Assembly (NCBI RefSeq): GCF_009914755.1 | Contig: NC_060946.1 | Length of the DNA: 64,000 nt | Origin: the human T2T-CHM13v2.0 reference genome, Homo sapiens | Direction: 5' to 3' (one strand) | Part shown: one piece after another, positions 1 to 19,800 of the stretch | How positions within the stretch are numbered: the stretch's first letter is position 1 | How the letters are laid out: each line of letters begins with the position of its first letter | Translations under genes and position numbers: made by a program | The notes under the pieces: generated by a model | The model's input: the letters and a program-made list of their open reading frames with translations, nothing else | What the model was told of the DNA's origin: nothing | The model's database searches: none

Positions 1-960
1 GACTTTTATCATTTACATATTGAATTAGAAGTTGACACATCACATCCTTGTTCAACCCAAACTTTGACCAAAAGATTGAGGGTTTGAGGATGGGTCCCTG
101 AGTCCAAATAAAACAGCAATTGTTTGTCATTTGTTGCTTTTTCTTATGTTTAGTTCTCTCATTATCTTTCCAATATTTTAACATGAGACCTAGGGGACTA
201 ACAGCAGGAATATCTTTATTGCTGTCTTTATCCTTTTTACTCCGTGTCCTGCTTGGGGTGTTTCCCATGTTGGGTCCTAGTTAGGCTCAGTCCCTCATAT
301 TAGAGATTTCTTGCCTATCCTTTTCTGGAGGCTTGCTGAGGCTCAATCCCTCGTATTAGAGATTTCTTGCCTCTCCTTTTCTGGAGGCTTATTGAGGCTC
401 AATTCCTCATACTAGAGATTTCTATCCTTTAGCCCCACCTGCTGGAGGCTCCTTGCACCCTTCTTTTGCTTCGTCCACTCTGGTCGCTTCCCGGAGGGGA
501 ATTTAGGTCCCTCTTAGCTTTGGCACGCCCATATACACCCCATGGCAGGATCTGTCCTAAGCCATATGAGGTGACCATGGAACCTCAGATAGGACACACT
601 CATTCCGCACAGCAGTAGTGCTTAGTACCATTCACACAAGCAGCACCGCAAGCAGTAATGCTTGTGATCATTCATACACACTTTCAATCTCCAGAATATC
701 TTGACCACCAAGGAAATGCTTTGTCACCCCTGTGACGTTTCTTACCTTGGTCTGTGCACAAAGTTACCTGGTCACCATGGTGTTGCAAGCCTTTTTTTCC
801 CCACATTGCTGAGAGTCCGGATTTATTCGTCACACCGGGTGGGTTCCGATCCCTCACCCTGAGGCCACCGCAACGAGGCAGTGGGATGCGTCTCCTTATG
901 AGAGGTGACCAGAGACCCCTTCCCTGGAGGAGAATGGGAATCCTGGATGAGCCCCAGATT
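1..960 (-). mobile_element. ERV internal 5' leader with PBS(Pro) at 940-956 and a 56-bp tandem repeat at 283-430
   Basis: TGGGGCTCATCCAGGAT resembles the PBS-Pro consensus TGGGGGCTCGTCCGGGAT. Repeat units start at 283, 339 and 395. Confidence 0.7.
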
Positions 961-1456
961 TGTTGGAGATAAATGCTCAGTGCTGCAAAGTGAAACCAGC
1001 ACTGAGGCGAAAGTTTTCTCAGCAAGGCAGTTTACTTCTGCAGAAGGGTGCTGCTTGTGTCAGTCACGATTGCAAGAGCACACCGAACAAAGGAAAGCAG
1101 GGGTTTTTATTCCTAATGCAATCCCTCCCTCTGTGTCACTCCTTCATGGGCTGTGGTTGGACTGCACAATCTAAACTGACCCGACTGGCTATTTGTGAAT
1201 ACTTTCCCAAATAAGGAAGGGAAGGGAAATGTGAGTTACAGTGGTGGGACGTGCGGTTTCGAAGGGAGGAAGGGGTGAAGAGTGGGTAACCAAGGGAACA
1301 GATGTGAGTTATTGATTAGAACTGACAGGAAGGTTGTTTACAGTTACAGTAACTACGGACAAGGAGGCATAGAGAACAAGAAAGTTGAGTTTGAGAACAA
1401 AGAACAAGGAAGTTAACAGGCTAAACCTTTGAAGAGGAATTTTATTGTATCCTACA
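961..1456 (-). mobile_element. ERV1-class 5' LTR (family not resolved)
   Basis: Minus strand TGTAGG...CCAACA termini, followed after 4 nt by a tRNA-Pro-type PBS. Confidence 0.75.
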
Positions 1457-2870
1457 TACTTGTTCTAGTCTGTTGTTGACACTTTCCAGTGCATTTTTTA
1501 TTTCTTTAAGTGTGTCTTCCATTTGCAGAAATTGTGATTTTTTTTTCTTTATAATATCTGTTTCTCTGGAGAATTTTTCATCCATAGCCTGTATTTTTTT
1601 TGTTGTCTTTTTCTTTCTTTCTTTCTTTCCTTTTTGAGACTCTGAGCACTCTGTTGCTCACAGTGCAGTGGTGCAATCTCAGCTCACTGCAACCTCTGGC
1701 TCCTGGGTTCACGCAATCCCCCTGCCTCAGTCTCCCAAATAGCTGGTATTACAGGCACGCACCACCATGCCTGGCTGATTTTTGTATTTTTAGTAGAGAT
1801 GGGGTTTCACTGTGTTGGCCAGGCTGGTCTCAAACTCCTGACCTCAAGTGATCAGCCCGCCTCAGCCTTCCAAAGTGCTGGGTTTACAGGTGTGAGCCAC
1901 TGCGCCTGGCCAATCCATAGCCTGTATTGTTTTTTACATTTCTTTGTTTTCACTTTTCTCTGGTCTCTCCTTGAGTAGTTTAATAATCAACCATCTGAAT
2001 TGTTTATCTGGCAATTCAGAGATTTCTTCTTGATTTGCATTCATTGCTGGGGAGCCAGTATGGTCTTTTGGAGGTGTTATAGAACCTTGTTTTGTCATAT
2101 TACAATTTTTCTGATTTCTTCTCACTTGGGTAGACTATTTCAGGGGGAAAATCTGGAACTCAGGGGCTACTGTTCAGATTCTTTTGTCCCACAAAGTGAC
2201 CCCTTGATGTGATGCATTCTCACTTCCCCTAGGGATGGAGCTTCGTGAGAGCCAGACTGTAGTGATTGCTATTGCTCTTCTGGGTCCAGCCACCCAGTGG
2301 GGCTACCAGGTTCCAGGCTGGTGCTGAGGAATGTCTGCAAAGAGTCCTGTGATGTGATCCGTCTTTAGCTCTCCTGGCCATGGACACCAGCACCTGCCCT
2401 GGTGGAGGTGGGAGGGGAGTAAAGTAGACTGTGAGTGTGAGAGTCCTTGCTTGTAGTTTTGTTTACTGTGCTGGCTTTCTCAAATGCTGGTTATGCTAGC
2501 AGTGAAGTTGTCACGTGGACAGACTCAGGAGCTCTGGTTAGCCAGGATGTTGAAAGCAGTGGAATTAGCTGTTTCTCATTTCTTGGAGCAGGGTTATTCT
2601 GTTGTGAGTTGCTGTAATGTCCTGACTTGGTTGGCCTCCAGCCAGGAGGTGGCGCTTTCAAGAGAACACCAGCTGCAATACTGGAAGGGGGATATAAGCT
2701 TGCCCTAAGTTGGCCAGGATAAGTATTAGGATTTCTCAGGTGATGGACAGGGCCATAAAGCTCCCAAGAGTTTATGGCTTTTGTGATCAGCTACTAGGGC
2801 GGGTAGAGAAATACTGTCAGGTTGGGGCAGGGTTAGGTGAGTCTGAGCTCAGACTCTTTCTGGGAATCTG
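1457..2870 (-). mobile_element. Old L1 fragment (5'UTR/ORF1 start) interrupted by an AluS at ~1600-1911
   Basis: ORF1-like MRRNQ...[21 protein letters not shown]. Alu TSD atccatagcctgtatt at 1580-1595 and 1913-1928. Confidence 0.75.
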
Positions 2871-3290
2871 TTACTGATTTGTAATTTTTAATTCCACAGT
2901 GTTTGAAGGACATACTTGAAATAAATTTAAAATCCATTGAGATTTGTTTCGTGGTCCAGAATATGGCCTATCTTGGTGAATGTTTCATGTGTATGTGAAA
3001 CTGAGGCATCCATCCCTCAGTTTCAACCACCCATAGATTTGTAATTATTGTTACATTTACAGAAATTTGCAGGAAGGTAGAAGTTATTGTCTTGAACCAT
3101 AAAATGTCTGTTTGAAGTCTTTGAGCTCCTCAAGGGTAGGCTGTATGTCCTGTTTACCTTTGATCCTCTCAGCATAATGCTTGGACCAAAATGGAAGCTC
3201 AGCAGACACTGGTTGAATGAATGAATAGATGACATTCAATTGTTAGGCTGTGTTCTTGTTTTGGATTTAGAAAATATGCTTATTGTGTTA

Positions 3291-3619
<329 letters not shown>

Positions 3620-4656
3620 TTACACACTTTTGCATCTTTGTGTCTCTATGGGTCTTCACACAGAGCTTGGCACATTGTAGCTGCTCAGTCAGCACTGTTT
3701 GTGCTGAATTGAAACAATGAGATACGTACAAAGGGGCTGTCTCTCACTACTGGGGATTTAAAGCCACCCCGAGGCATTTGACAAGCTGTTCTGGCCAAGG
3801 TTGAAGAGGTTGTCCTGTCATAAAGCCCCCCTAAGACACGATGTCACACATAGACACCACTCTCTGTGCGAAAGGGGGGGCCTGTGCACTGAACTCCCAG
3901 ACTTAGCTGGGCCTCAGTGCTCTTCTTGGGTTTGGTCATAGAGCCCAAGAGGAGGTGGATAAGCTGCCTGACACTGATATGGTAAAAGGATTATCTGCAA
4001 ATTTCTAGCGTCATCAAGACTGGCCTCTTTGGTAAGCAGGCCTAAAAGGCTGCCCTCAATAAACCACCCAAGCAGGTGAAAATTATCTTTTTACCCCAAG
4101 CCTACCTTTTCTACATCCTTTTCTACTTGACATGCCCCTTCTACTCCTCTTCTCTCCTTTAGGACTCATTCTCTCTCCTTTCCTCCTCTAAACCTCCTCC
4201 CAGAAAAAGACCTGATAACTTCACTTACACCGGGTTATAGATGACTAACAAAGCTTACTATTGAATATGTTGCTAGTAGAAATCTGAATAAGATACAGCA
4301 ACTTTTCAACTCTGATCATGGCTTTAAGCACTAGGATGAACCACAGCCATGTAATCATTCATTTGGTTACTTAGCTCTTGCTGTGTCCCACGCATAGGGG
4401 CAGCTACTGGGGGTTTGACAGTGGACGGACCTAAAGTGGTCCCTCAGTCAGGGGACAGTACAGTACCCTAAGAGCACTGAGGAGGGCCACCCCACGTGAA
4501 CTCAGGTAGTCAGGGGAGCCCTCCTGAAAGCCATGGAGAAACACATTCTAGGTAGATAACAGCACATGCAAAGGCCTAGAAGTGAGTGTCTGAGGTGGAA
4601 GTTCAGAGTCTTTGTCGTCAGCAGGACATGGAGCAACACTTGACACTGAGATTTAG

Positions 4657-4903
4657 GCAGAGAGAGACAGAGAGACAAAGAGAGATAGAGAGACAGAAAC
4701 AGATACAGAGACAGAGTTAGAGATACAGAGAGACAGAGACAGAGACAGAGATAGAGACAGAGCTAGAGATACAGAGAGAGACAGAGATACAGAGAGAGAG
4801 ACAGATAGAGATACACAGAGAGAGGCAGAGACAGAAATAGAGACTGAGAGAGGCAGAGACAGAAAGAGAGACAGAGATAGAGACTGAGAGATAGAGAGAG
4901 AGA
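4657..4903. repeat. Degenerate (GA)n/(GAGACA)n microsatellite
   Basis: Seen directly. Confidence 0.95.
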
Positions 4904-4988
4904 GGAGTGGGAGGCAGGAGGAAAACCAGAGCATGAGAGGTCAAGCAGCCAAGAGAAAAGGCGAGGTCGTTAAAGAAAGGGTCAGCTG

Positions 4989-5290
<302 letters not shown>

Positions 5291-5841
5291 TCATCTGGGT
5301 TTGGTGACTAGGAGCGTACTGGTGACCTCAGTGAGAGGGGTTTCAGAGGCTTATGGAGACAGATGCAGGTTGAAGTGGGTTGTGGAGCGCGGGAGAGGTA
5401 GAAAGCAGTAAACACACCCCCCTGCCAACACCGCTCTCAGGAGACTGGTGTGAAGGGTAGGGGTCAGGACGCTAGCTGGAGAAGGAATATGGGTTCAAGG
5501 GAGAAGGGCTTTTTTCTTTTTAATAGAAGAGATCAGCAATGTGTTTAGATGCTGATGGAAGGAGCCAGAAAAAAGGAAAAGGAGAATATTGAGGTGAGAC
5601 GAGATCTCCAAATGCCCAGGTGAGAAGACCAGATGAAATGGGGCACAGGAGTAGGGCTAGCTTTGGAGAGGGAGGGGAGCCTCCTCCCCTCCTCCCCTGG
5701 AAGAGGAAATGGCCTGTGAGAAGCCGGTGAGTGAATGGGTTTGGTGGCAGCAAGTTGAGGAAATGCCCATCTGATGGTGCCTATGCTCTCTGCTGAAAGT
5801 GAGGAAGACGGGGTGGAGTTAGAGGTTAAAGAGAGAATCTA

Positions 5842-11459
<5,618 letters not shown>

Positions 11460-12064
11460 GACGAGGCTGAGGGTGGTGGCTCAGTCCTGGGCTTCCATGG
11501 GGCCTTCCCAGGGAACGTTCTGGCACCTGCCGACTGAGCCCTGGGAGGTAGGTAGCCCTGGCCTATAGCTCCCTGACGCCATGATTTGTCTTCCGTTTTG
11601 GGGTGTCATATATGAAGGGAGGTGACTGTGATGGTGCTGGCAGGACTGCTGTCCCTGATGTGGGGTGGGCTGAGTTAGGCCTGAAATATGGGCCTCCAGG
11701 CTGAGTCCTGCCCTCTCCACCACATCCAGGGCTGACTGACACCTCTAGTCAGCCCATTCTGGCCCCTTCCCCACATGCCAGGACAATGTAGTCCTTGTCA
11801 TCAATCTGGGCAGTCAGAGTTGGGTCAGTGGGGGACATGGGATTATGGGCAAGGGTAACTGACATCTGCTCAGCCTCAACGTACCCCTGTCTCAAATGCG
11901 GCCAGGCGGTGGGGTAAGCAGGAATGAGGCAGGGGTGGGGTTGCCCTGAGGAGGATGATCCCAACGAGGGCGTGAGCAGGGGACCCGAGTTGGAACTACC
12001 ACATTGCTTTATTGTACATTAGAGCCTCTGGCTAGGGAGCAGGCTGGGGACTAGGTACCCCATT
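11460..12064. repeat. ~0.6 kb 3' flank shared by CYP2D6 and CYP2D7 (other copy 25179-25776)
   Basis: The two 3' flanks align directly. Confidence 0.9.
12008..12013 (-). terminator. CYP2D6 polyadenylation signal
   Basis: TGTACAATAAA about 50 nt after the stop codon. Confidence 0.92.
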
Positions 12065-15000
12065 CTAGCGGGGCACAGCACAAAGCTCATAGGGGGATGG
12101 GGTCACCAGGAAAGCAAAGACACCATGGTGGCTGGGCCGGGGCTGTCCAGTGGGCACCGAGAAGCTGAAGTGCTGCAGCAGGGAGGTGAAGAAGAGGAAG
12201 AGCTCCATGCGGGCCAGGGGCTCCCCGAGGCATGCACGGCGGCCTGTGGGGAGGGGAGGGGCGTCAGTGAGCCTGGCTCCTGGGTGATACCCCTGCAAGA
12301 CTCCACGGAAGGGGACAGGGAGCCGGGCTCCCCACAGGCACCTGCTGAGAAAGGCAGGAAGGCCTCCGGCTTCACAAAGTGGCCCTGGGCATCCAGGAAG
12401 TGTTCGGGGTGGAAGCGGAAGGGCTTCTCCCAGACGGCCTCATCCTTCAGCACCGATGACAGGTTGGTGATGAGTGTCGTTCCCTGGGCAGAAGATGCAG
12501 GGTGAGAGTGGGGACTGGACTCTAGGATGCTGGGACCCCTGCCACCAAACACACGGGGGACACACACTGCCTGGCACACAGCTGGACTCTGTCAACTAGT
12601 CCTGCGCCCGAGAAGCTCCACAGTACCCTCTCCGACCCCACAGCAGGGCGCAGTCACACCTCTCAGAGGCACCCACACTGCCCCCTCTCCCTGCAGGTGT
12701 TGGGTCCTCCAACATTCTGGCAGGTCCTGGTTTGTCTCCCCACTAGACGGGGGCTCTGGATGGACAGGCCAGCCCTGCCTATACTCTGGACCCCCCACCC
12801 AAGTGGGGACAGTCAGTGTGGTGGCATTGAGGACTAGGTGGCCAGGGTTCCTAGAGTGGGCCCACCTGGCAGTAGCCATGCTGGGGCTATCACCAGGGGC
12901 TGGTGCTGAGCTGGGGTGAGGAGGGCGCCAGGCCTACCTTAGGGATGCGGAAGCCCTGTACTTCGATGTCACGGGATGTCATATGGGTCACACCCAGGGG
13001 GACGATGTCCCCAAAGCGCTGCACCTCATGAATCACGGCAGTGGTGTAGGGCATGTGAGCCTGGTCACCCATCTCTGGTCGCCGCACCTGCCCTATCACG
13101 TCGTCGATCTCCTGTTGGACACGGCCTGGACAGACATGCGTCCCCACAATGGGTCAGCACCCAGGGGGTCCGGCCCTGACACTCCTTCTTGCCTCCTATG
13201 TTGGAGGAGGTCAGGCTTACAGGATCCTGGTCAAGCCTGTGCTTGGAGCCCCGGGTGTCCCAGCAAAGTTCATGGGCCCCCGCCTGTACCCTTCCTCCCT
13301 CGGCCCCTGCACTGTTTCCCAGATGGGCTCACGCTGCACATCCGGATGTAGGATCATGAGCAGGAGGCCCCAGGCCAGCGTGGTCGAGGTGGTCACCATC
13401 CCGGCAGAGAACAGGTCAGCCACCACTATGCACAGGTTCTCATCATTGAAGCTGCTCTCAGGGTTCCCCTTGGCCTGAGCAGGGCCGAGAGCATACTCGG
13501 GACAGAACGGGGTAGCCCCCAAATGACCTCCAATTCTGCACCTGTCAGCCCAGATGCGGCTCGCCGGGTGATGCACTGGTCCAACCTTTTGCCCAGCCTC
13601 CCCTCATTCCTCCTGGGACGCTCAACCCACCACCCTTGCCCCCCACCGTGGCAGCCACTCTCACCTTCTCCATCTCTGCCAGGAAGGCCTCAGTCAGGTC
13701 TCGGGGGGGCTGGGCTGGGTCCCAGGTCATCCTGTGCTCAGTTAGCAGCTCATCCAGCTGGGTCAGGAAAGCCTTTTGGAAGCGTAGGACCTTGCCAGCC
13801 AGCGCTGGGATATGCAGGAGGACGGGGACAGCATTCAGCACCTACACCAGACAGAACGGGGTCTCAATCCCTCCTGTGCTCTGCGTTCACCTGGACAAGT
13901 CTCAGGCCCCAGCCATCTCCAGGTAGACCCAGGGCCTGCCTGTCCTTACCACTGACCTCACCAAGTCCCTCCCCAAGTGCCAGCCTCCACCCTCTCTCCT
14001 TGCCCAGAGGAGAAACCTAAAATCGAAATCTCTGACGTGGATAGGAGGTACAGAGTCCTTGGCCTCTCCTGGTGCCCCCTGACCCGGGCACACCTCTCCC
14101 ACGACCATGTCTGAGATGTCCCCTCCTCCTCCAGGCCCTTCTTACAGTGGGGTCTCCTGGAATGTCCTTTCCCAAACCCATCTATGCAAATCCTGCTCTT
14201 CCGAGGCCCCAGTCCAGCCCCGGCACCTCTCGGGAGCTCGCCCTGCAGAGACTCCTCGGTCTCTCGCTCCGCACCTCGCGCAGAAAGCCCGACTCCTCCT
14301 TCAGTCCCTCCTGAGCTAGGTCCAGCAGCCTGAGGAAGCGAGGGTCGTCGTACTCGAAGCGGCGCCCGCAGGTGAGGGAGGCGATCACGTTGCTCACGGC
14401 TTTGTCCAAGAGACCGTTGGGGCGAAAGGGGCGTCCTGGGGGTGGGAGATGCGGGTAAGGGGTCGCCTTCCCCGTCCCCCGCCTTCCCAGTTCCCGCTTT
14501 GTGCCCTTCTGCCCATCACCCACCGGAGTGGTTGGCGAAGGCGGCACAAAGGCAGGCGGCCTCCTCGGTCACCCACTGCTCCAGCGACTTCTTGCCCAGG
14601 CCCAAGTTGCGCAAGGTGGAGACGGAGAAGCGCCTCTGCTCGCGCCACGCGGGCCCATAGCGCGCCAGGAACACCCCTGGGGGTGGGACGGGCACGTGCG
14701 CGTGGCCATGAAGGCATTAGCCCCACCATCCACCACCCACTCCAACCCTATGCTCCCCCTGGTCTCCCGCAGTCCCTGGCTCTGTCCAGCTGGTCACAGG
14801 GCCCACTCTTTGTGCATCCACCTTGCTCCCTTGGCTGGGGCAGGGCTTTGCCCCACCTCGTCTCTGCCCACCCTGACCGCCTTTGCACTCAGGGAAGACC
14901 CCGCGGGCCCCGCGCCACCCACACTGAGCTTACAGCACAGGTGCGGTCCCCGCCCCCCACTTCGACACCGGATTCCAGCTGGGAAATGCGCCAGCCTCAC

Positions 15001-16282
15001 CCATTGGGCTCCTGCCAGGTCTCGGCAGTGGCCCCGCCCACTCGTCACAAGCCCCGCCCTCGTCCCCATGCTCACACCTCCCTAGTGCAGGTGGTTTCTT
15101 GGCCCGCTGTCCCCACTCGCTGGCCTGTTTCATGTCCACGACCCCGCGCCCTCTCTGCCCAGCTCGGACTACGGTCATCACCCACCCGGGTCCCACGGAA
15201 ATCTGTCTCTGTCCCCACCGCTGCTTGCCTTGGGAACGCGGCCCGAAACCCAGGATCTGGGTGATGGGCACAGGCGGGCGGTCGGCGGTGTCCTCGCCGT
15301 GGGTCACCAGCGCCTCGCGCACGGCCGCCAGCCCATTGAGCACGACCACCGGCGTCCAGGCCAGCTGCAGGCTGAACACGTCCCCGAAGCGGCGCCGCAA
15401 CTGCAGAGGGAGGGTCAGGGCCTCTTGTCAAGCCAGGATCCCCCCAGACTACAGGTCCTAGTCCTATTTGAACCTTGGACGACCCCCGGGGCTACCAGGA
15501 GTGAGCAGGTGGAAGGAGGAGACCCAGCCTCCTGATCCTGGGGCGGGGGTGGGGGTCACACCTTCTGTGATGGAGGAACTCAGTTTGGATGCGTCACCCA
15601 GGTATGACCTTGCAAGAGTCACCAAAATTGCCGAGAGGCCCCAGTTAGCATCCCATTCCCAGATGATGGTCCATGCCGGTGAGCAGTGAGGCCCGAGGAC
15701 CCACAGTGCAAAAGGTTTGAACCGGGTCACTGCACCCCCTTCATCCTCGATTTCGTGATTTAAACGGCACTCAGGACTAACTCATCTTCCATTCCCAAGG
15801 CCTTTCCTTCTGGTGTCAGCAGAAGGGACTTTGTACTCCATAACATATGTTGCCCAATGGGCTTGCATGCCCACTGCCAAGTCCAGCTCCACCTCCAGGC
15901 CCTTGCCCTACTCTTCCTTGGCCTTTGGAAAATCCAGTCCTTCATGCCATGTATAAATGCCCTTCTCCAGGAAGTCCCCCAAACCTGCTTCCCCTTCTCA
16001 GCCTGGCTTCTGGTCCAGCCTGTGGTTTCACCCACCACCCATGTTTGCTGGTGGTGGGGCATCCTCAGGACCTCTGCCGCCCTCCAGGACCTCCTCCCTC
16101 ACCTGGTCGAAGCAGTATGGTGTGTTCTGGAAGTCCACATGCAGCAGGTTGCCCAGCCCGGGCAGTGGCAGGGGGCCTGGTGGGTAGCGTGCAGCCCAGC
16201 GTTGGCGCCGGTGCATCAGGTCCACCAGGAGCAGGAAGATGGCCACTATCACGGCCAGGGGCACCAGTGCTTCTAGCCCCAT
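12065..16282 (-). CDS. CYP2D6: Cytochrome P450 2D6, 9 exons, 497 aa, intact; *2-type haplotype
   Basis: Exons in transcript order: 16103-16282, 15229-15400, 14524-14676, 14275-14435, 13665-13841, 13333-13474, 12938-13125, 12342-12483, 12065-12243 (180+172+153+161+177+142+188+142+179=1494 nt). Starts [22 protein letters not shown]; I-helix AGMVTT; EVQR (ExxR); heme motif FSAGRRACLG; ends YELCAVPR*. Introns are GT-AG except intron 2 (GC-AG). Confidence 0.99.
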
Positions 16283-16393
16283 ACCTGCCTCACTACCAAA
16301 TGGGCTCCTCTGGACACACCTGGCACCCCCACCCCACCAGGCACAGAGGACCAGGCAGGACACTCTCAGCACACCGAGCGCGTGACCCTTCCC

Positions 16394-16425
16394 TTATAAA
16401 GGGAGCTGATGATGGCCTTTGCCCT
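16394..16425 (-). promoter_or_regulatory. CYP2D6 core promoter: TATA box (16394-16400) and HNF4A DR1 site AGGGCAAAGGCCA (16413-16425)
   Basis: TTTATAA and the DR1 motif are read directly. The DR1 is the established HNF4-alpha element of the CYP2D6 promoter. Confidence 0.9.
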
Positions 16426-17375
16426 CTGCTGTGAGTGAACCTGCTGTGTTGACTGTGCTGCCAGTGGCAGAGTCAGGCCAGGGCGGGTATGGGCTGCTCC
16501 AGAGGTTCTTGCCCCTGCTTCCTGCTCCAGGCCCTTACCCAGGGTAGGCCGGTGGAGGGGCCTGGTCGGAGAAGTCACCCCCTCTCCCCACTCCAAGCTC
16601 CTGAAGCCTGCAAAGCCTTCTGGGATAACCAGGGTTTCAGTGGACCCGGCCATCCACCTCCCAGCTAGGCTCATACACCCTAATGTAGTCACAACCCCTC
16701 CTCCAGAACATGGCCTTGCCCTTTCCCTACCCCCACCTGCCCACTCCAGAGTGACCTTCAGCACCCTTATCTGTCACTGGCACTTACCTGGGGCCTTAGA
16801 GCTCCTGATGATGAGTGGCATCATGGGCCTGGTCCCTTCACTTCACCTTGCACTCTTGACATGCACAGACGCTATGCACACACCTGATGGTGCACAGATC
16901 TCTTGTCCACTCCCAGACACTTGTCCACTTGTTCACACTTGCAGGGACACGATTACACATGCAGAAAATCACCCACACAAAGACAATATTCACACATACA
17001 CAGACTCACACTGACACTTAGAGCACACATTCTCTCTCACACACACCAGTCACACACACATACAGACCCGGCACCAAGTACCCCACTTCCCAGCCATGCC
17101 GGAGGTTTCCTGGATGGGACCACTCCTGTCCAGAGGCTGCTCCCAGCCCAGCCCACATTCCTGGGCTCTGGCCGGGCTATGGCTTCTTGTTTGCAACAGG
17201 GCTGTTCCCAGAGCTCCCAGTTGGTAGCCGGAAGGCCCTTGCCCCAGCCTGTGACAACATCCTCCCGGGCTGCCTGAGGGTCGTCCTCCTCCACTGCTTT
17301 CTGGCCTCCATGTTTCTGATTAGAAATCTGGTGGGAACGTTATGGAGGATCCTTTGTTCAGGATATGTTGCTTTA

Positions 17376-17975
<600 letters not shown>

Positions 17976-18024
17976 TACCTGATACGTCTCTTCTCTCTTG
18001 CTGCTTTCAAAATCCTGTCTTTTG

Positions 18025-18611
18025 TGGGAGGGCAGCTGCCGAGCTCTGGACTTCTATGGGATCATCCACTGAGGACAGGAGGACCGGGCCCTCTACAGGT
18101 GGATTGTATGGCAGCTGCCATGCTTGGAGCCAGTGCTCACCGAGCACGTGGCGGCTGTGGAGCTGGACGCGGGGTTGATAAGTCCGCTGGGGGTGACGGG
18201 CTCATCCATGAGTGGTACTTGATGTGGCTGCAGAAGGCGGATGTGGTGGTGGCAGAAGTGACACAACTGTCCCTGGGTATAGGCTATGATCTGTGCCAGG
18301 CCACAGCCCTCAATAAGTGAATCCTGTGCCTGCTCCAGCAGCAGTCCGGTGGAGTGCTGTCGGCCATGATCTGGGAAGAGGCAGATGGCTCTGGGTTCCA
18401 GGTGTGGGACTACGGAGAGGGACAGGTGGAGGCCCTGCTGCATGGATAGGTTGAGGCTGATCCTCCCGAGCAGGTTGCCTCCCCTAACCCAACCATTGGA
18501 CCTAATCCCATTTTATTAAATTCTTCTCATCCCAGACACTGCTCTAGTACCAGTCCTGGCTCTTTGCCCCAGGAGCAAATTAAAAGGTACATTTAAAATT
18601 CTAAAAAAAGA
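18025..18611 (+). pseudogene. Processed pseudogene of DNPH1 (RCL/C6orf108, 2'-deoxynucleoside 5'-phosphate N-hydrolase)
   Basis: Translates GGDGLIHEWYLMWLQKADVVVAEVTQLSLGIGYDLCQATALNK*ILCLL...SAMIWEEADGSGFQVWDYGEGQVEALL, matching DNPH1 as I recall it. Intronless; stops at 18318 and 18447; A-tail ~18603-18611; TSD aaaatc(c)tgtcttttg at 18009-18024 and 18612-18626. Confidence 0.9.
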
Positions 18612-18976
18612 AAAATCTGTCTTTTGACAGTGATTATGATGATGCGTATGGCTGAAGATCTCTTTGAGTTTACCCTACTTGGAGTTTGATGAGCTTTTTG
18701 GATGTACAGATTAATATTTTTCATCAGATTTGGGAGGTTTTTCAGCCATTAATTCTTCAACTATTCCTTTACTCCTTTCTCCCTGTCTTCTTTCCTGGGA
18801 CTCCCATTGCGTGTATGTCGGAAAGCTTGACGGCGTCTCCAGGTCTCTGGATCTGTGTGCATTGCTCTTCATGCTTGTTCCTGTTCCTCAGAGGGGACTA
18901 CCTCAGGTGGCCTCTCTCCATAGTCACAGGCTCTTTCTTCCAATTGTTCCAATCTGCTCTTGGGCCCCTGGGATGA

Positions 18977-19708
<732 letters not shown>

Positions 19709-19711
<3 letters not shown>

Positions 19712-19800
19712 TACACGTGGTTTCTCCCTTTGAAGTACTAGCCAGGCCTGACCATGCTTAGCTTCCGAGATAGCAGGTTCCAGCCGGTGCAGCCTCAGAT
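19709..19800 (-). pseudogene. 5S rRNA pseudogene, degenerate, abutting an AluJ
   Basis: Minus strand ATCTCGGAAGCTAAGCATGGTCAGGCCTGGCTAGTACTTCAAAGGGAGA vs 5S ATCTCGGAAGCTAAGCAGGGTCGGGCCTGGTTAGTACTTGGATGGGAGA. Weaker match out to both ends. Confidence 0.85.

Noticed and set aside
3920-3954. 13-bp hairpin (another imperfect one at 58675-58723)
   Set aside because: Short stems with G-U pairs or bulges are expected by chance in 64 kb and are too short for a pre-miRNA.
4653-4944. Ser/Leu-rich ORFs
   Set aside because: Translations of the GA-rich microsatellite.
14449-15264. 271-aa plus-strand ORF (and similar ORFs at 37725-38705 and 28142-28570)
   Set aside because: Antisense shadows of GC-rich CYP2D exons and introns. 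Low-complexity Pro/Arg composition, and length and frame are not preserved among the paralogs.
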